Source: Clostridium sp. CAG:628 (GTDB taxonomy: Bacteria > Bacillota_I > Bacilli_A > RF39 > UBA660). From it: a stretch of DNA of 50,306 nt. Of the stretch, positions 8,801 to 20,284 are shown one piece after another. The translations under genes were made by a program, and so were the position numbers. The number at the start of each line of letters is the position of its first letter. Within the stretch, counting starts at the first letter, position 1. The notes under the pieces are model-generated. The model was not told the DNA's origin and searched no databases. It saw only the letters and a program-made list of their open reading frames with translations. Where the stretch lies: contig FR902240.1 in the NCBI GenBank assembly GCA_000438415.1, positions 1-50,306 on the forward strand. The letters are read 5' to 3'.

Positions 8801-9495
8801 TATTTGATAGTGCAACTGAACAAGATATAGTTGATATGACTAAAGAAGCAGGACTAGACCCTGACTATAAGACTTGGTTATATGATGGACGTACTGGTGA
8901 AAAATTCCATAAACGTGTAAATGTCGGAGTCATGTACATGATTAAACTTAACCACATGGTTGATGATAAGATGCATGCAAGAAGCACTGGACCTTATAGT
9001 TTAGTAACACAACAACCTCTAGGTGGTAAAGCACAATTTGGTGGTCAAAGATTTGGTGAAATGGAAGTTTGGGCATTATATGCATATGGTGCTGCTCATA
9101 TCTTACAAGAAGTTCTAACAATTAAATCAGATGACGTAGTAGGACGTGTTAAAGTTTATGAACAACTTGTAAAAGGTAAACCAGTAGATCAAGCAGGAGT
9201 TCCAGAATCATTTAGAGTATTAATTAAAGAATTCCAAGCATTAGGTCTAGACATTAGTGTATTAACTAAAGATGGACTAAAAGATTTAAGAGAACTTGAA
9301 AGTGCTGAAGAAAGTGATGATGCTCCAGTATCAATAGAAGAAATTGATACAAATAGTAAAGAAGATTTCACAAGTGACTTTGATAAAGAAGACGAAGAAG
9401 ATGAAGAAGACTTCAATTTAGATGATGAAGAAAGTGATGACTTTGAACTTGATGATATGGAACTAGATGATGAAGAAGATATGGAGGGTGAATAA
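5881..9495 (+). CDS. rpoB: DNA-directed RNA polymerase subunit beta
   Basis: 1204 aa. The TTG start lies 6 nt after GGGGTGA. Canonical blocks are present ([42 protein letters not shown]). It has a long acidic C-terminal tail. Confidence 0.98.
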   Translation: MAYKVEKFGTKRERRNFSKLRNKFELSNLLEIQKDSFQKFLDEGIKEVFDDIFPVESFSGSLSLEFGDYTLEPPRYSVTESKERRVTYAAPLKVKARLFINETGEVKEQEVFLGDIPLMTENASFIVNGVERVINCQLVRSPSIYFKREIDKNGRNIITNEVIPSKGTWLEYELDARNIFYVRIDRTRKVTITTFLRALGLSSDDDILKVFGEDEILVNTLEKDSTKNTDEALIEIYEKLRPGEPATLDSSKNQLITRFFDKFRYDLAKVGRYKFNRKLNVMDRLLNNRIGEDIVVDGVTYIKKGEVVTKEKLEELKPIFENGYGVHEVKINEELDTYNKVQEVLVYANDGSDKLLKVIGNDQSIDTKRLTISDIYASVSYYINLHYGVGNYDEIDHLANRRVRQGGELIQNQFRVGIARMERVIRERMTTQDIDTVTPKTLINIRPVTAALKEFFGSSQLSKFMDQINPLAELYDKRKLSALGPGGLSRDRAGMEVRDVNSSHYGRICPVETPEGQNIGLITSLAGYAKLNEYGFIMTPYRKVVNGVLTDEIVYMTADEEESYYICPATIKVGENNAIMEDNVPVRFNRDNLVVSKDKVDFSDVSPSQIVSITTSCIPFLEHDDANRALMGANMQRQAVPLMKTEAPIVATGVEYYAANDSSAVVKTKIDGVVDYVDAKRIVVKNSKEKAEYQLMTFERSNAETCYTQRPIVHVGDKVKAGDIIADGPSTNDGEMSLGKNLTVAFMTYNGYNYEDAVILNERIVKDDVLTSVHVEMLEVEARDTKLGPEEFTRDIPNVSEEARKNLDKEGIIRIGTEVKENDILVGKITPKGVQELTSEEKLLHAIFGEKTREVRDTSLRVPHGSSGIVHDVQVFTKDNSDELPAGVIKIIRIYLIKKRKMQVGDKMSGRHGNKGVVSLVLPEEDMPYLPDGRTVDVILNPLGVPSRMNLGQILEVHLGMAAKTLGVHIATPVFDSATEQDIVDMTKEAGLDPDYKTWLYDGRTGEKFHKRVNVGVMYMIKLNHMVDDKMHARSTGPYSLVTQQPLGGKAQFGGQRFGEMEVWALYAYGAAHILQEVLTIKSDDVVGRVKVYEQLVKGKPVDQAGVPESFRVLIKEFQALGLDISVLTKDGLKDLRELESAEESDDAPVSIEEIDTNSKEDFTSDFDKEDEEDEEDFNLDDEESDDFELDDMELDDEEDMEGE

Positions 9496-9497
9496 TT

Positions 9498-12400
9498 ATG
9501 ATGGATGTTAATATGTTTGAAGGAATTAGAATTGGTATAGCTAGTCCTGATAAAATACGTTCATGGAGTTATGGAGAAGTTAAAAAGCCCGAAACTATTA
9601 ACTATAGAACACTTCGTCCTGAAAGAGATGGATTATTCTGTGAAAAAATTTTTGGACCAACAAAAGACTTTGAATGTGCTTGTGGTAAATATAAAAGATT
9701 AAGATATAAAAATGTAGTGTGTGATAGATGTGGAGTTGAAGTTACTCGTTCTAACGTAAGACGTGAAAGAATGGGACATATTGAACTTGCAACTCCAGTT
9801 GCACACATCTGGTATACTAAAGGAGTTCCTCCTAAAATAGGATTAGTACTAGATAAAAGTCCAAGAGATATAGAAGAAGTAATATACTTCGTTAGTTATA
9901 TAGTACTTGACCCAGGTAAGGCTCCACTTGAGAAAAAGCAAATCTTAAGTGATAAAGAATACCGTGCATATTATGAAAAATATGGTAACTCATTTAAAGT
10001 AGGAATGGGTGCAGAAGCAATTAAAACTTTACTTTGTGAAGTAGATCTTGAAAAAGAAAGAGATACTTTAAAGAAAGAAATAGATTCAAGTGTTGGACAA
10101 AAGAAATTAAGACTTGTTAAAAGACTTGACTGTATAGAAAGTTTCATCGAAAGTGGTAACCGTCCAGAATGGATGATACTAGATGTACTTCCAGTATTAC
10201 CTCCAGAATTAAGACCTATGTTACAACTTCCTGGTGGAAGATTTACAACAAGTGACTTAAATGACTTATATAGAAGAATTATAAATAGAAATAATCGTTT
10301 AAAGAAATTACTTGAACTAGGTGCACCTACAATAATCGTACAAAATGAAAAACGTATGTTACAAGAAGCAGTTGATGCATTAATAGATAATGGTAGACGT
10401 GGAAGAAGTGTAAGTGGCGTAGGAAATCGTCCATTAAAAAGTTTAAGTTCTATGCTAAAAGGTAAACAAGGAAGATTTAGACAAAACTTACTTGGTAAAC
10501 GTGTAGACTATTCAGGCCGTAGCGTTATCGCCGTTGGACCAACTCTAAAAATGTATGAATGCGGTGTACCAAAAGAAATGGCTCTAGAACTATTTAAACC
10601 ACATGTTATTCATGAAATAGTTGAAAGAGAACTTGCTCACAACATAAAAGGTGCTAAAAAATTAATTGATGCACAAGATGAAAGAATTTGGGATATTGTT
10701 GAAGATGTAATTCACGAACATCCAGTAATGTTAAATCGTGCACCTACACTTCACAGATTAGGTATTCAAGCATTTGAACCTAAACTAGTTGGTGGTAAAG
10801 CTATGAGACTACATCCTCTAGTATGTACAGCATTCAACGCTGACTTCGATGGAGACCAAATGGCTATACACGTTCCACTTAGTGAAGAAAGTCAAGCAGA
10901 AGCAAGACTATTAATGCTAGGTGCAAACAATATATTATCACCAAAAGATGGAAGTCCAATTGTTACTCCAGGACAAGATATGGTATTAGGTAACTATTAC
11001 TTAACTCTTGAAATTGCTGGACTTGAACATGAAGGTAAAGCATACAAAAATTCTAACGAAGCCTTAATGGATTATGAAAGAAGAAATATAACTTTACATA
11101 CAAGAATATGTATTCCTGCTAAAAGTTTTAAACATAAAGTATGGACAGATGAAAATACTGAAAAATATTTAGTAACTACACCTGGTAAAATTATATTTAA
11201 TGAAATACTTCCAGATGCATTTCCTTATGTAAATGAAGCAACAAAAGAAAACTTTGAAGGATTAACACCTGATAAATACTTCCTAGAAAAAGGAACTGAT
11301 TTAGTTAATGCTGTTAAAGATATGCCAGTGGTAAAAGGATTTGTAAAGAAGGACTTAGAAAACTTAATTGCGCAAATATTTAAGAGATTTAAAACAACTG
11401 AAACAAGTATATTCCTAGATAAGTTAAAGAATCAAGGATTTAAATATAGTACTTTATCTGGTATAACATTTAGTTTAAGTGATATTCCAGTATCAGATTA
11501 CAAAGAAAAGATTATAAGCGAAACACAAGATACAGTAAATAAAGTAAATAAACAATTTAATCGTGGATTAATAACTGATGAAGAAAGACATAGAAAAGTA
11601 GTTGATTTATGGCTTGCTGCTACTAAAGATGTACAAAAAGCCGTAATGGATGAAATGGATAGAGAAAAAGATAGTAACCCACTAGCAATGATATTTACAT
11701 CTAAAGCTCGTGGTAATGCTTCTCAATTAGGACAACTTAGTGGTATGCGTGGTATAATGGCTAAACCAGATGGTGAAGAAGTAGAAATTCCTATTACTGC
11801 ATCATTTAAAGAAGGTCTAGATGTTCAAGAGTTCTTCTTAAGTTCTCACGGATCACGTAAAGGTACAGCAGATACAGCACTTAAAACAGCTGATGCTGGT
11901 TACTTAACACGTAGACTTGTTGATGTTGTACAAGACTTAATAATAAAAGAAGAAGACTGTGGTACTATTCAAGGACTTGAAGTTAGTGCATTTGTAGATG
12001 ACAAGTCTGGTAGTGTACTAGAAAGTTTTGAAGAAAGAATAGTAGGAAGATTCACAAATCAAAAAGTAATAAATCCTGAAACTAAAGAATTGATTGTAGA
12101 TAAAGGAGAATTAATTACTGAACAAATAGCAAAAAAGATTATTAAAGCTGGAATTGAAAAGATAGAAATAAGAAGTGTCTTAACTTGTAAGACAGTTAAT
12201 GGATTATGTCAAAAATGTTATGGTAGAAACCTTGCAACTGGTAATGTAGTTGAAGTAGGTGAAGCAGTAGGTATTATGGCTGCACAAAGTATTGGTGAAC
12301 CTGGTACACAACTTACAATGCGTACATTCCATACTGGTGGTGTTGCAGGAGCAGATGATATAACTCAAGGTCTTCCTCGTGTAGAAGAATTATTTGAAGC

Positions 12401-13211
12401 AAGAATTCCAAAAGCTAAAGCTACTATTGCTGAAATAAGTGGTAAAGTAACTAAAATTCAAGAAGAAAAAGGTAAATACAAGATTTACATTACAAATGAT
12501 GTTGAAGTTAGAGAACATGTAACACTTTATAATGCTAAATTAAGAGTAGAAAAAGGACAAACTGTTGAAGCAGGTCAACCATTAACTGAAGGAAGTATAA
12601 GTCCTAAAGAATTACTTGCTGTAACAGATCCAACTACTGTTCAAGAATATATCTTAAGAGAAGTTCAAAAAGTTTATAAATCACAAGGTGTTGACGTTTC
12701 AGATAAACATATAGAAACTGTTGTAAAACGTATGATTAGTAAAATTCGTATTGTTGATGCTGGAGACACAGACTTTGTTGAAGGTACAAGTGTATCTCTA
12801 AGAGAATTTGGTGAAAGAAATAAACCATATATCTTAGAAGGTAAAATACCTGCAACTGGTAAGGCTGTAATGTTAGGTATAACAAAAGCAAGCCTAGAAA
12901 CAGATTCATTCCTAAGTGCTGCATCATTCCAAGAAACAACAAGAATATTAACAGATGCTGCAGTAAGAGGTAAAATTGATCACTTAAGCGGATTAAAAGA
13001 AAATGTTATCTTAGGTAAACTAATACCTGCAGGAACTGGTGCCAAACAATATAGAGACATCGAACTAGAACTTCAAAAAGAATTCTTAAGTGATGATCCA
13101 ACTGAAGCTTTAGAAGAAACATTTATGGCTGAAACAGAAAATAAGACTGATGAAGTAATAGATGAAGTTAACGAAGAAGCTAAAGAAGAAATACTAAGTG
13201 AAGAAGAGTAA
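9498..13211 (+). CDS. rpoC: DNA-directed RNA polymerase subunit beta'
   Basis: 1237 aa. Carries the Zn-finger CACGKYK...[17 protein letters not shown], and trigger-loop/bridge-helix blocks. A GGAGGGTGA SD lies in the rpoB tail. Confidence 0.98.
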   Translation: MMDVNMFEGIRIGIASPDKIRSWSYGEVKKPETINYRTLRPERDGLFCEKIFGPTKDFECACGKYKRLRYKNVVCDRCGVEVTRSNVRRERMGHIELATPVAHIWYTKGVPPKIGLVLDKSPRDIEEVIYFVSYIVLDPGKAPLEKKQILSDKEYRAYYEKYGNSFKVGMGAEAIKTLLCEVDLEKERDTLKKEIDSSVGQKKLRLVKRLDCIESFIESGNRPEWMILDVLPVLPPELRPMLQLPGGRFTTSDLNDLYRRIINRNNRLKKLLELGAPTIIVQNEKRMLQEAVDALIDNGRRGRSVSGVGNRPLKSLSSMLKGKQGRFRQNLLGKRVDYSGRSVIAVGPTLKMYECGVPKEMALELFKPHVIHEIVERELAHNIKGAKKLIDAQDERIWDIVEDVIHEHPVMLNRAPTLHRLGIQAFEPKLVGGKAMRLHPLVCTAFNADFDGDQMAIHVPLSEESQAEARLLMLGANNILSPKDGSPIVTPGQDMVLGNYYLTLEIAGLEHEGKAYKNSNEALMDYERRNITLHTRICIPAKSFKHKVWTDENTEKYLVTTPGKIIFNEILPDAFPYVNEATKENFEGLTPDKYFLEKGTDLVNAVKDMPVVKGFVKKDLENLIAQIFKRFKTTETSIFLDKLKNQGFKYSTLSGITFSLSDIPVSDYKEKIISETQDTVNKVNKQFNRGLITDEERHRKVVDLWLAATKDVQKAVMDEMDREKDSNPLAMIFTSKARGNASQLGQLSGMRGIMAKPDGEEVEIPITASFKEGLDVQEFFLSSHGSRKGTADTALKTADAGYLTRRLVDVVQDLIIKEEDCGTIQGLEVSAFVDDKSGSVLESFEERIVGRFTNQKVINPETKELIVDKGELITEQIAKKIIKAGIEKIEIRSVLTCKTVNGLCQKCYGRNLATGNVVEVGEAVGIMAAQSIGEPGTQLTMRTFHTGGVAGADDITQGLPRVEELFEARIPKAKATIAEISGKVTKIQEEKGKYKIYITNDVEVREHVTLYNAKLRVEKGQTVEAGQPLTEGSISPKELLAVTDPTTVQEYILREVQKVYKSQGVDVSDKHIETVVKRMISKIRIVDAGDTDFVEGTSVSLREFGERNKPYILEGKIPATGKAVMLGITKASLETDSFLSAASFQETTRILTDAAVRGKIDHLSGLKENVILGKLIPAGTGAKQYRDIELELQKEFLSDDPTEALEETFMAETENKTDEVIDEVNEEAKEEILSEEE

Positions 13212-13227
13212 AATCTTCTTCATTTTT
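13200..13227 (+). terminator. Probable terminator after rpoC
   Basis: GAAGAAG (13200-13206) / CTTCTTC (13215-21). The stop codon lies in the loop, and ATTTTT follows. Confidence 0.5.
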
Positions 13228-13407
13228 AATTGTATATTGAATTATTAATTATTTTTTAAGAGCCCATTAACTTAAATGTGTCTAACGAATAATTTACTTC
13301 TATTTTTTGTATATATTTGTATATAAATAAATGTAAAGTAAATAATATAACTATAGAAAAACTTAATGTTTTCTAGTAAAATTATTACTATAGGAGATGG
13401 TTTTATG

Positions 13408-14175
13408 AAATTAGAAGGAAAAGTTGCAGTTGTAACAGGTGGTTATAAAGGAATTGGAAGAGGTATTACTGATACATTTGTTAAATATGGTGCTAAAGTA
13501 ATTGTACTTGATTATGATGAGTCTGTTCTTAGTATGGAAAATGATAATGTTTTACCATTTGTGGTTGATATAAGAGATAAAGAAAGTGTAGAAAATGCAG
13601 TTAAAAAAGGAGTAGAAAAGTTTGGAAAACTAAGTATTATTGTTAATAATGCAGGAATTTGTAAATTATTTAGTTTTGAAGAAATGACTGATGACATTAG
13701 AAACTTACACTTTGGAATAAATATAAATGGAGTATGGAACACAACCAAAATATGTTTAAGTTACATGAAAAAAGAAGAAGGTAGTTCTATAATAAACATG
13801 AGTAGTGTAACTGGTCCGATGGTCTCTGATCCAGGAGAAGTTGCTTATGCAACCAGTAAAGCCGCTGTTTTAGGGTTTACTAAAAGTTTAGCTGCTGATT
13901 TAGCAAAATATAGTGTTCGTGTGAACTGTATTATGCCTGGTTATATTTTAACGCCTATGGTAAATGGTATGTCAGAAGAAACTGATAAAGAAAATCCAAG
14001 AGAAGTTATAGATAGTATTGCAGCTGCTATCCCATTAAAAAGACTTGGTTTACCAGAAGAAGTAGGGGAACTAGCATCTTTCCTAGCAAGTAGTGAAGCA
14101 AGTTATATAACTGGACAAGGAATAGTAATAGATGGAGGAAGTACTCTTCCTGAAACTTCAAGTATGGGGGTATAG
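13408..14175 (+). CDS. SDR-family oxidoreductase (UcpA-like)
   Basis: MKLEGKVAVVTGGYKGIG, NNAG and Y-x3-K (YATSK). The start sits 6 nt after AGGAGA. The longer track start at 13366 has no SD. Confidence 0.85.
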   Translation, partial: KLEGKVAVVTGGYKGIGRGITDTFVKYGAKVIVLDYDESVLSMENDNVLPFVVDIRDKESVENAVKKGVEKFGKLSIIVNNAGICKLFSFEEMTDDIRNLHFGININGVWNTTKICLSYMKKEEGSSIINMSSVTGPMVSDPGEVAYATSKAAVLGFTKSLAADLAKYSVRVNCIMPGYILTPMVNGMSEETDKENPREVIDSIAAAIPLKRLGLPEEVGELASFLASSEASYITGQGIVIDGGSTLPETSSMGV

Positions 14176-14199
14176 TAACTTTAAATAGTTACTTTTTTT
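14174..14199 (+). terminator. Rho-independent terminator
   Basis: AGTAACT (14174-80) / AGTTACT (14187-93), then a T-run to 14199. Confidence 0.7.
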
Positions 14200-14201
14200 A
14201 T

Positions 14202-14229
14202 GCATATTAAACTTTTAATAACATATAGT
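14202..14229 (+). promoter_or_regulatory. Sigma-E-like (mother-cell) promoter upstream of spoIVA
   Basis: GCATATT (14202-08), a 13-nt spacer, then CATATAGT (14222-29). For comparison, the Bacillus sigma-E consensus is (G/T)(A/C)ATA(A/T)(A/T) - about 14 nt - CATACA(A/C/T)T. Confidence 0.45.
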
Positions 14230-14254
14230 TAAATGAAAATAAAGGAGTGAATAT

Positions 14255-15727
14255 ATGGATAAAAAGGAAATATTAGAGAGTATAAGTAATAAAGGTAATG
14301 GAGAAATATACCTAGGAGTAGTAGGTGCAGTAAGAACTGGTAAAAGTACATTTATCAAGAAAGTAATTGAAACACTTGTTGTACCTTATGTAACGGATGA
14401 AAGTGAAAAGAAAAGATGCATGGATGAAATACCACAAACTTCAGGTGGGAAACAAATAATGACCGTTGAACCAAAGTTTGTTCCATCAAGTGGTGCTAAC
14501 ATAAAAATAGAAGAATTTACAACAAATTTCAAACTAATTGATTGTGTCGGATTTGTAACACCAGAAAGTATTGGCTACACTGACCCAGATGGACATGAAA
14601 GAATGATTAAAACCCCATGGTTTACAGAAGACTTACCATTTGTAGAAGCAGCTACTATCGGAACAGAAAAAGTAATTAAAGACCACAGCACTATAGGAAT
14701 AGTTGTAACAACTGATGGAAGTATCTTAGATATGGGAAGAAACAACTATGTAAATGCTGAAGAAAAAGTAGTTAATGAATTAAAAAACATTAATAAACCA
14801 TTCATAATAATAATGAATTCAATTCATCCAAACAGTCCTGAAACAAGAGACTTAACTAACGAACTTAAAACTAAATACGATGTACCAGTAATACCTATTA
14901 GTGTAACAGATATGACAGAAAAAGATATCATTTACATTCTAAAAGAGGCTTTATATGAGTTCCCAGTTGAAGACATAGAAGTAAACATTCCAGACTGGGT
15001 AGAAGTACTAAATAAGGATAATGAAATCAAAAAAACTTACATCAGTGCGATGAAAGAATGTGTAACAAGTGTAGATAAACTAAGAGACATTGATAACATA
15101 AATTTAAATTTTGAACAAAAAGACATCATAAGTAATGCATACATTTCAAACCTTAACACAAATACAGGAAGTGTAACAATAACTCTAGAAGCACCTGAAG
15201 AATTATTTGATGAAGTACTTAAAGAAACAATGGGAGTAAGTATTACAAAAAAGAGTGACTTATTAAGAGTATTTATTGACTACAAAGAAGGTAAAAGTGA
15301 GTATGAAAGTATTAAGTCTGCTTTAAAACAAGTTTACACTACAGGTTATGGTATAGTGTTCCCAAAACTAGAAGATATGAAATTGGAAACACCTGAAATA
15401 ATCAAACAATCAGGAAGATATGGTGTAAAACTAAAAGCATTAGGTAGTTCAATTCATATGATAAAAGTAGATGTAGAAAGTACTTTTGAACCAATAATAG
15501 GTACAGAAATGCAAAGTAAAGAACTTATTGATAACTTAATGAAAGATAAAAATAACGAAAGCATATGGAAAAGTGAAATATTTGGAAGAAGTTTGGAAGT
15601 AATTGTTCAAGAAGGAATACAAGCAAAATTAAATATGGTACCAGAAAGTGTTAGATATAAACTAGGTACTACTATAACAAAAATTGTAAATAAAGGAAGT
15701 AATAACTTAATAGCTATTGTATTATAA
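14255..15727 (+). CDS. spoIVA: Stage IV sporulation protein A (spore-coat morphogenetic ATPase)
   Basis: 490 aa. N-terminal Walker A GVVGAVRTGKSTF. The overall sequence and length are characteristic, and it sits next to hup as in B. subtilis. Confidence 0.93.
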   Translation: MDKKEILESISNKGNGEIYLGVVGAVRTGKSTFIKKVIETLVVPYVTDESEKKRCMDEIPQTSGGKQIMTVEPKFVPSSGANIKIEEFTTNFKLIDCVGFVTPESIGYTDPDGHERMIKTPWFTEDLPFVEAATIGTEKVIKDHSTIGIVVTTDGSILDMGRNNYVNAEEKVVNELKNINKPFIIIMNSIHPNSPETRDLTNELKTKYDVPVIPISVTDMTEKDIIYILKEALYEFPVEDIEVNIPDWVEVLNKDNEIKKTYISAMKECVTSVDKLRDIDNINLNFEQKDIISNAYISNLNTNTGSVTITLEAPEELFDEVLKETMGVSITKKSDLLRVFIDYKEGKSEYESIKSALKQVYTTGYGIVFPKLEDMKLETPEIIKQSGRYGVKLKALGSSIHMIKVDVESTFEPIIGTEMQSKELIDNLMKDKNNESIWKSEIFGRSLEVIVQEGIQAKLNMVPESVRYKLGTTITKIVNKGSNNLIAIVL

Positions 15728-15766
15728 TAATTTTTTCTATATAATTATATCAGGAGGTGTGATTTT

Positions 15767-16177
15767 ATGGGATTAGACTACGAATATTACGATATGATGG
15801 ATAGTGGATTTGGTATTTCTAGTAGTTCAACAACTTGGATGATAGTAGCATTTATCTTAGCAGTAGTTGGAGGTATACTAACTTACTTCTTATTCCTAAA
15901 AAAAGATAATAATAATAAATTCACTGGGTTTGTAAACTACTTATATGAATTCTTATCTTTCAAAAAGATGTGGTTAGAAACTATATTAAAAGTATCTTAT
16001 TTAATACTTACAATATATATAACACTTATGTCTTTTGAACTAATTGGTAAAAGTTTTATAGCATTCTTACTAACTTTAGTATTCGGAAATATCATATTAA
16101 GAGTAGTATATGAGTTATCACTTATATTACTAACAATATGTAGGAACACAACTGAAATTAACAAAAAACTTAAATAG
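15767..16177 (+). CDS. Small integral membrane protein (DUF4282-like)
   Basis: 136 aa with three predicted hydrophobic helices. The C-terminal GNIILRVVYELSLILLTICRN resembles DUF4282. GGAGGTG SD. Confidence 0.55.
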   Translation: MGLDYEYYDMMDSGFGISSSSTTWMIVAFILAVVGGILTYFLFLKKDNNNKFTGFVNYLYEFLSFKKMWLETILKVSYLILTIYITLMSFELIGKSFIAFLLTLVFGNIILRVVYELSLILLTICRNTTEINKKLK

Positions 16178-16200
16178 AAAATGTAAATTATACATTTTCT
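16176..16200 (+). terminator. Hairpin / weak terminator
   Basis: AGAAAATGTA (16176-85) / TACATTTTCT (16191-200). The downstream T-run is interrupted. Confidence 0.45.
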
Positions 16201-16264
16201 ATTATTCTTTGTACAATAGAAAATACTAAATAATAAAAAAATTAAGAAAATAATAAAAATCTAT

Positions 16265-16292
16265 TTGCAAATTTTAAATTTTATAGTAAAAT
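16265..16292 (+). promoter_or_regulatory. Sigma-A-type promoter for hup
   Basis: TTGCAA (16265-70), a 16-nt spacer, then TAAAAT (16287-92). Confidence 0.5.
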
Positions 16293-16348
16293 GAAGATGT
16301 AAGCATAAATATGTGCTTAGTAAAAAAATTTAAATGGAGGTAAATAAT

Positions 16349-16621
16349 ATGACTAAAAATGAATTAGTAGAATTCATCGCAGCAAAAGCTGGTTTAACAA
16401 AAGCAGATGCTAATCGTGCTTTAGAAGCAACTTTAGAAGGAATTCAAACTGGTTTAAAGAAAGAAGGAAAAGTTACTTTAGTAGGATTTGGTACATTCAG
16501 TGCTAAGAAAAGAGCTGCTAGAGAAGGAATTAATCCTTTAACTAAACAACCATTAAAAATAGCTGCTAAAACTGTTGCTAGTTTTAAAGCTGGAAGCAAA
16601 CTTAAAGATGCTTTAAATTAA
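16349..16621 (+). CDS. hup: DNA-binding protein HU
   Basis: MTKNELVEFIAAKAGLTKADA...GFGTFSAKKRAAREGINPLTKQPLKIAAKTVASFKAG. The ATG lies 7 nt after GGAGGT. Confidence 0.95.
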   Translation: MTKNELVEFIAAKAGLTKADANRALEATLEGIQTGLKKEGKVTLVGFGTFSAKKRAAREGINPLTKQPLKIAAKTVASFKAGSKLKDALN

Positions 16622-16622
16622 G

Positions 16623-16647
16623 AAAAGTCTTTTTGACTTTTTTTTTA
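16623..16647 (+). terminator. Rho-independent terminator after hup
   Basis: AAAAGTC / GACTTTT stem, followed by a long T-run. Confidence 0.7.
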
Positions 16648-16661
16648 GTCATTAATTAATT

Positions 16662-17753
16662 ATGAAAAAGGAAATATTAAGTGTTTTAAATAAAATTGAA
16701 AATAATGGTTTTGTAGCATACATAGTAGGTGGGTATGTAAGAGACTACTTACTAAAGTTACCTTTAACAGACGTGGATATAATTACAAATGCAACACCAA
16801 AAGACTTGAGTGAAATATTTGATAATATTAAAAAAACTTATATAGAATATGGTTCAGTTAAATTATATATAAATAATCAAATAATAGATATAACTAGTAT
16901 GAGAAAAGATTTATTATATAAAAATAATAAACCAGTTGAAATAGAATATACTAATGATGTTGAAAGTGATTTAAAAAGAAGAGACTTTAAAATGAACACA
17001 CTTCTAATGGACAAAGATGGTAATATAATTGATTTATTAGGTGGAAAACTAGATATATATAATAAAATAATCACACCAGTAAACGAAGTTAGTACGTTAT
17101 TTATGGAAGATAAAACACGTGTTTTAAGAGCAGTTAGATTTATGACTACACTAAATATGCAGCTAGATGCAAGTATCTTAAACTATATAATAAATAATAA
17201 AGAAGTATTTACAAAGATAAGTAATACCAAAATAAAAAGTGAATTAGATAAAATATTTAAATCTAAAAGAAGTGGTAAATTTATCTCATTCATAAAACAA
17301 TACAACTTAGAAGAATATATTGGTATTATACCTACTAACAAATTTAAAAGTACTCACACATTAGTGTCAAGTTATGCAGAGCTTAAAATAACTAGAAACT
17401 TACCATTTACTAAGTATGAAAAAGAAAGTATTTCTAAAATAAAAAAACTAATAGAAAAAAAATCATTAACAAAATGGGATATCTATAAAAATGGTTTATA
17501 TATAAGTATGTGTGCTTCTGAAGTACTAGGTATTTCAAAAAAAGAAATAAATTTAATATATACTAACTTACCAATTAATAGTATAATAGATATTGATTTA
17601 AAACCAGAAGAAATATGTTCATATTTAAATATTGAACCTAACTATCTTTTAGGAAAAATCTTACATAACTTAGAGTACGACATAATAATGAATAATGTAC
17701 CTAATAAAAAAGAAATATTATTAGAAAGGATAAGTGATTATATAAATGAATGA
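16662..17753 (+). CDS. cca: CCA-adding tRNA nucleotidyltransferase (PolyA-polymerase family)
   Basis: GGYVRDYLL...DVDIITNATP is the nucleotidyltransferase head, followed by RRDF.MN. 363 aa. Confidence 0.8.
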   Translation: MKKEILSVLNKIENNGFVAYIVGGYVRDYLLKLPLTDVDIITNATPKDLSEIFDNIKKTYIEYGSVKLYINNQIIDITSMRKDLLYKNNKPVEIEYTNDVESDLKRRDFKMNTLLMDKDGNIIDLLGGKLDIYNKIITPVNEVSTLFMEDKTRVLRAVRFMTTLNMQLDASILNYIINNKEVFTKISNTKIKSELDKIFKSKRSGKFISFIKQYNLEEYIGIIPTNKFKSTHTLVSSYAELKITRNLPFTKYEKESISKIKKLIEKKSLTKWDIYKNGLYISMCASEVLGISKKEINLIYTNLPINSIIDIDLKPEEICSYLNIEPNYLLGKILHNLEYDIIMNNVPNKKEILLERISDYINE

Positions 17754-18339
17754 TATAAAAAAAGAATTTCTAAAAAAAGACTTTATAATAAATACAAACA
17801 TAGTAAAAACAATTTCTAATTTAGACATAACTATAAAAGAATTTATGTTACTTTTGTATTTTATAAATATAAATAACTCGTTAGACTTAAAAAATATAAA
17901 AGATAAAATAGGACTTAATGATGAAGATATACTTAATACTTATAGTAGTCTTTTAACAAAGAAATTAATAAGTGTTAGCCTAGTTAAAACAAATGGTTTA
18001 TCAAGCGAAGAAATAAATCTAGATATGTTTTATGATAAACTTATAATGAACACTAAAACTGAAGAAGTAAGTACTGATATATATTCTAAGTTTGAAAGTG
18101 AGTTTGGTAGAGTTTTAAGTCCAATAGAATACGAAACAATAAATAGATGGCTAAGTAGTGGTGTAAAAGAGGATTTAATATTAAGTGCGCTTAAAGAAGC
18201 AGTAGTAAGTGGTGCATGTAATTTAAGATATATAGATAAAATAATATATTCTTGGACTAAAAAAGGAAAATCTGAAGAAAAAGAAGATTATCAAGAACTT
18301 TTTGATTATGACTGGTTAGGAGACGAAAGTGAAGAGTAG
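17746..18339 (+). CDS. dnaD: DnaD-domain replication initiation protein
   Basis: The C-terminal DnaB_2/DnaD repeat is present: FESEFGRVLSPIEYETINRWL...LILSALKEAV...NLRYIDKIIYSWTKKG. It sits next to nth as in B. subtilis. Confidence 0.8.
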   Translation: MNDIKKEFLKKDFIINTNIVKTISNLDITIKEFMLLLYFININNSLDLKNIKDKIGLNDEDILNTYSSLLTKKLISVSLVKTNGLSSEEINLDMFYDKLIMNTKTEEVSTDIYSKFESEFGRVLSPIEYETINRWLSSGVKEDLILSALKEAVVSGACNLRYIDKIIYSWTKKGKSEEKEDYQELFDYDWLGDESEE

Positions 18340-18973
18340 TTTTATATTGAGTGAGTTAGAAAAACTTTTTCCAAATCCTAAATGTGAACTAACTTACAAC
18401 AAAGATTATGAATTACTATTAAAAACCATGTTAAGTGCGCAAACTACAGATAAACGAGTAAATATGGTAACTGACCCATTATTTAAAAAATATGATAGTT
18501 TAGAAAAACTAAGTACTTTATCACTTACCGAAGTAGAAAACTACATTAAAAGTATTGGAATGTATAAAACAAAAGCAAAAAACTTTGTTAGTATAGTAAG
18601 TAGTTTATTACCTTTAGGTTATGTTCCTTGTGATAGAACATTCTTAGAAAGTTTAAAAGGAGTAGGTAGAAAAACAACTAACGTAGTTTTATCTAACTTA
18701 TATAATATACCTTGTATAGCAGTAGATACTCATGTACATAGAACTAGTATAAGACTAGGTCTTGTTAAAGAGAATGATTCAGTCTTAGAAACAGAAGAAA
18801 AACTTATGAAGAAATTTCCAAAAGAGAGTTATTCCAACTTGCATCACTCATTAGTATTATTTGGTAGATACATCTGTAAAAGCAAAAATCCTAGTTGTAA
18901 TATTTGTCCCTTTAAAGAAAATTGTAAGTATTATAAATGTGTTAACCAAAAAAATCAAACTTTTTCCAGTTAA
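18329..18973 (+). CDS. nth: Endonuclease III
   Basis: HhH-GPD motif LKGVGRKTTNVV, catalytic DTHV, and a Cx6Cx2Cx5C cluster (CKSKNPSCNICPFKENC). GTG start after GGAGA. Confidence 0.9.
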   Translation: MKSSFILSELEKLFPNPKCELTYNKDYELLLKTMLSAQTTDKRVNMVTDPLFKKYDSLEKLSTLSLTEVENYIKSIGMYKTKAKNFVSIVSSLLPLGYVPCDRTFLESLKGVGRKTTNVVLSNLYNIPCIAVDTHVHRTSIRLGLVKENDSVLETEEKLMKKFPKESYSNLHHSLVLFGRYICKSKNPSCNICPFKENCKYYKCVNQKNQTFSS

Positions 18974-19034
18974 CACTTTTACTTTTTTAAAATATTTGGT
19001 ATAATTACATTTAGAAAGTATATAGGGAGAGTTT

Positions 19035-20273
19035 ATGAAACAGATAATAACTAGTTTGGATATTGGATCAGATAATATAAAATTAATAGTTGGAGAAATG
19101 TATAAAGAAGAATTATTTGTCTTAGCATCTTCAAATATAAAAAGTAAAGGTATAAAAAAAGGACTAATTGTAAATGAAGAAGAAGCAACTAATGCTATAA
19201 AAGAAACATTTAGAATAGTAGAAGATATTTTAGGAATAAAACTAACTAGAGTAATACTAACAGTACCATCTTACAGTGCAACATTTGTAAAAAGTGAAGG
19301 CTATACAACAATATCAAGAGATGATATGACTGTAACTGGTGAAGACATAACAAGAAGTTTACAAGCAAGTGTTTATAATAGAGTTAGTCCTAATATGGAA
19401 TTAGTAAGTATTACACCAGACTATTTTATATTAAATGAAAAAGAAGTAGTAAATGATCCTAAAGGAAAAGAAGCTTTTAAAGTTTCAGTTAATAGTATTT
19501 TAGGTATTGTTCCTAAAAAAAATATATATCCATTAATAACAATATTAGAAAATATGGGTATAAAAGTAGTAGATCTTGCTTTTGGAGGATTATCTGACTA
19601 TTATGAATTTAAAACTAAAGAAATGGATTCTTTAACAGGTGCTGTAATAAATATAGGGCACTATAAAACAGAGGTAAGCATAATAAAAGAAGGTAAAATA
19701 AAAAATGTTGAAGTGCTTGAAATTGGTGGAAGAAATATAGATAGAGATATAAGTTATATATATGATCTTAATTTAGAAACTAGTAAAAACTTAAAAGAAA
19801 ACTTTTCTTTAGCACATAAAGAAAATGCAAGTACTAGTGAAATAATAGAATGTATAACAAAGAATGAAGAAAAAATTAAAATAAATCAATACGAATTAAG
19901 TGATTTAGTACACTCTAGAGTAAGAGAAATACTAGAATTATCAAAAAAAGAAATAAATCTCTTAACAAAAGACGAAATTAGTTATATAATAGTTACAGGA
20001 GGTACAACAGAGATAGAAGGATTTAACTCTGTACTTAAAGAAGTATTTGGTAAAAATATTAAAACTTCTAGGGTTAATGAACTAGGTGTAAGAAATAATA
20101 TATATAGTACATCACTAGGATTTATTAAGTTGTATTATGATAAATTAAAGTTTAGAGAAAGATTTGCTTCGACAATCACTGAAAGTGAACAAGAAGAATT
20201 ATTTAGTGAGAAAAAGAAAAATAATGATAATAGTATATTAGGAAAAGTATATAGTTACTTTTTCGATAATTAG
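19035..20273 (+). CDS. ftsA: Cell division protein FtsA
   Basis: 412 aa actin-like ATPase ([25 protein letters not shown]), immediately upstream of ftsZ. Confidence 0.93.
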   Translation: MKQIITSLDIGSDNIKLIVGEMYKEELFVLASSNIKSKGIKKGLIVNEEEATNAIKETFRIVEDILGIKLTRVILTVPSYSATFVKSEGYTTISRDDMTVTGEDITRSLQASVYNRVSPNMELVSITPDYFILNEKEVVNDPKGKEAFKVSVNSILGIVPKKNIYPLITILENMGIKVVDLAFGGLSDYYEFKTKEMDSLTGAVINIGHYKTEVSIIKEGKIKNVEVLEIGGRNIDRDISYIYDLNLETSKNLKENFSLAHKENASTSEIIECITKNEEKIKINQYELSDLVHSRVREILELSKKEINLLTKDEISYIIVTGGTTEIEGFNSVLKEVFGKNIKTSRVNELGVRNNIYSTSLGFIKLYYDKLKFRERFASTITESEQEELFSEKKKNNDNSILGKVYSYFFDN

Positions 20274-20284
20274 GAGGTAAAGGA

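Noticed and set aside
6588-13748. Antisense or alternative-frame ORFs inside rpoB, rpoC and the SDR gene (6588, 7053, 8139, 8382, 9189, 9602, 12736, 13512)
   Set aside because: All are shadow ORFs of 65-78 aa within strongly supported genes. They have low-complexity composition and no translation signals.
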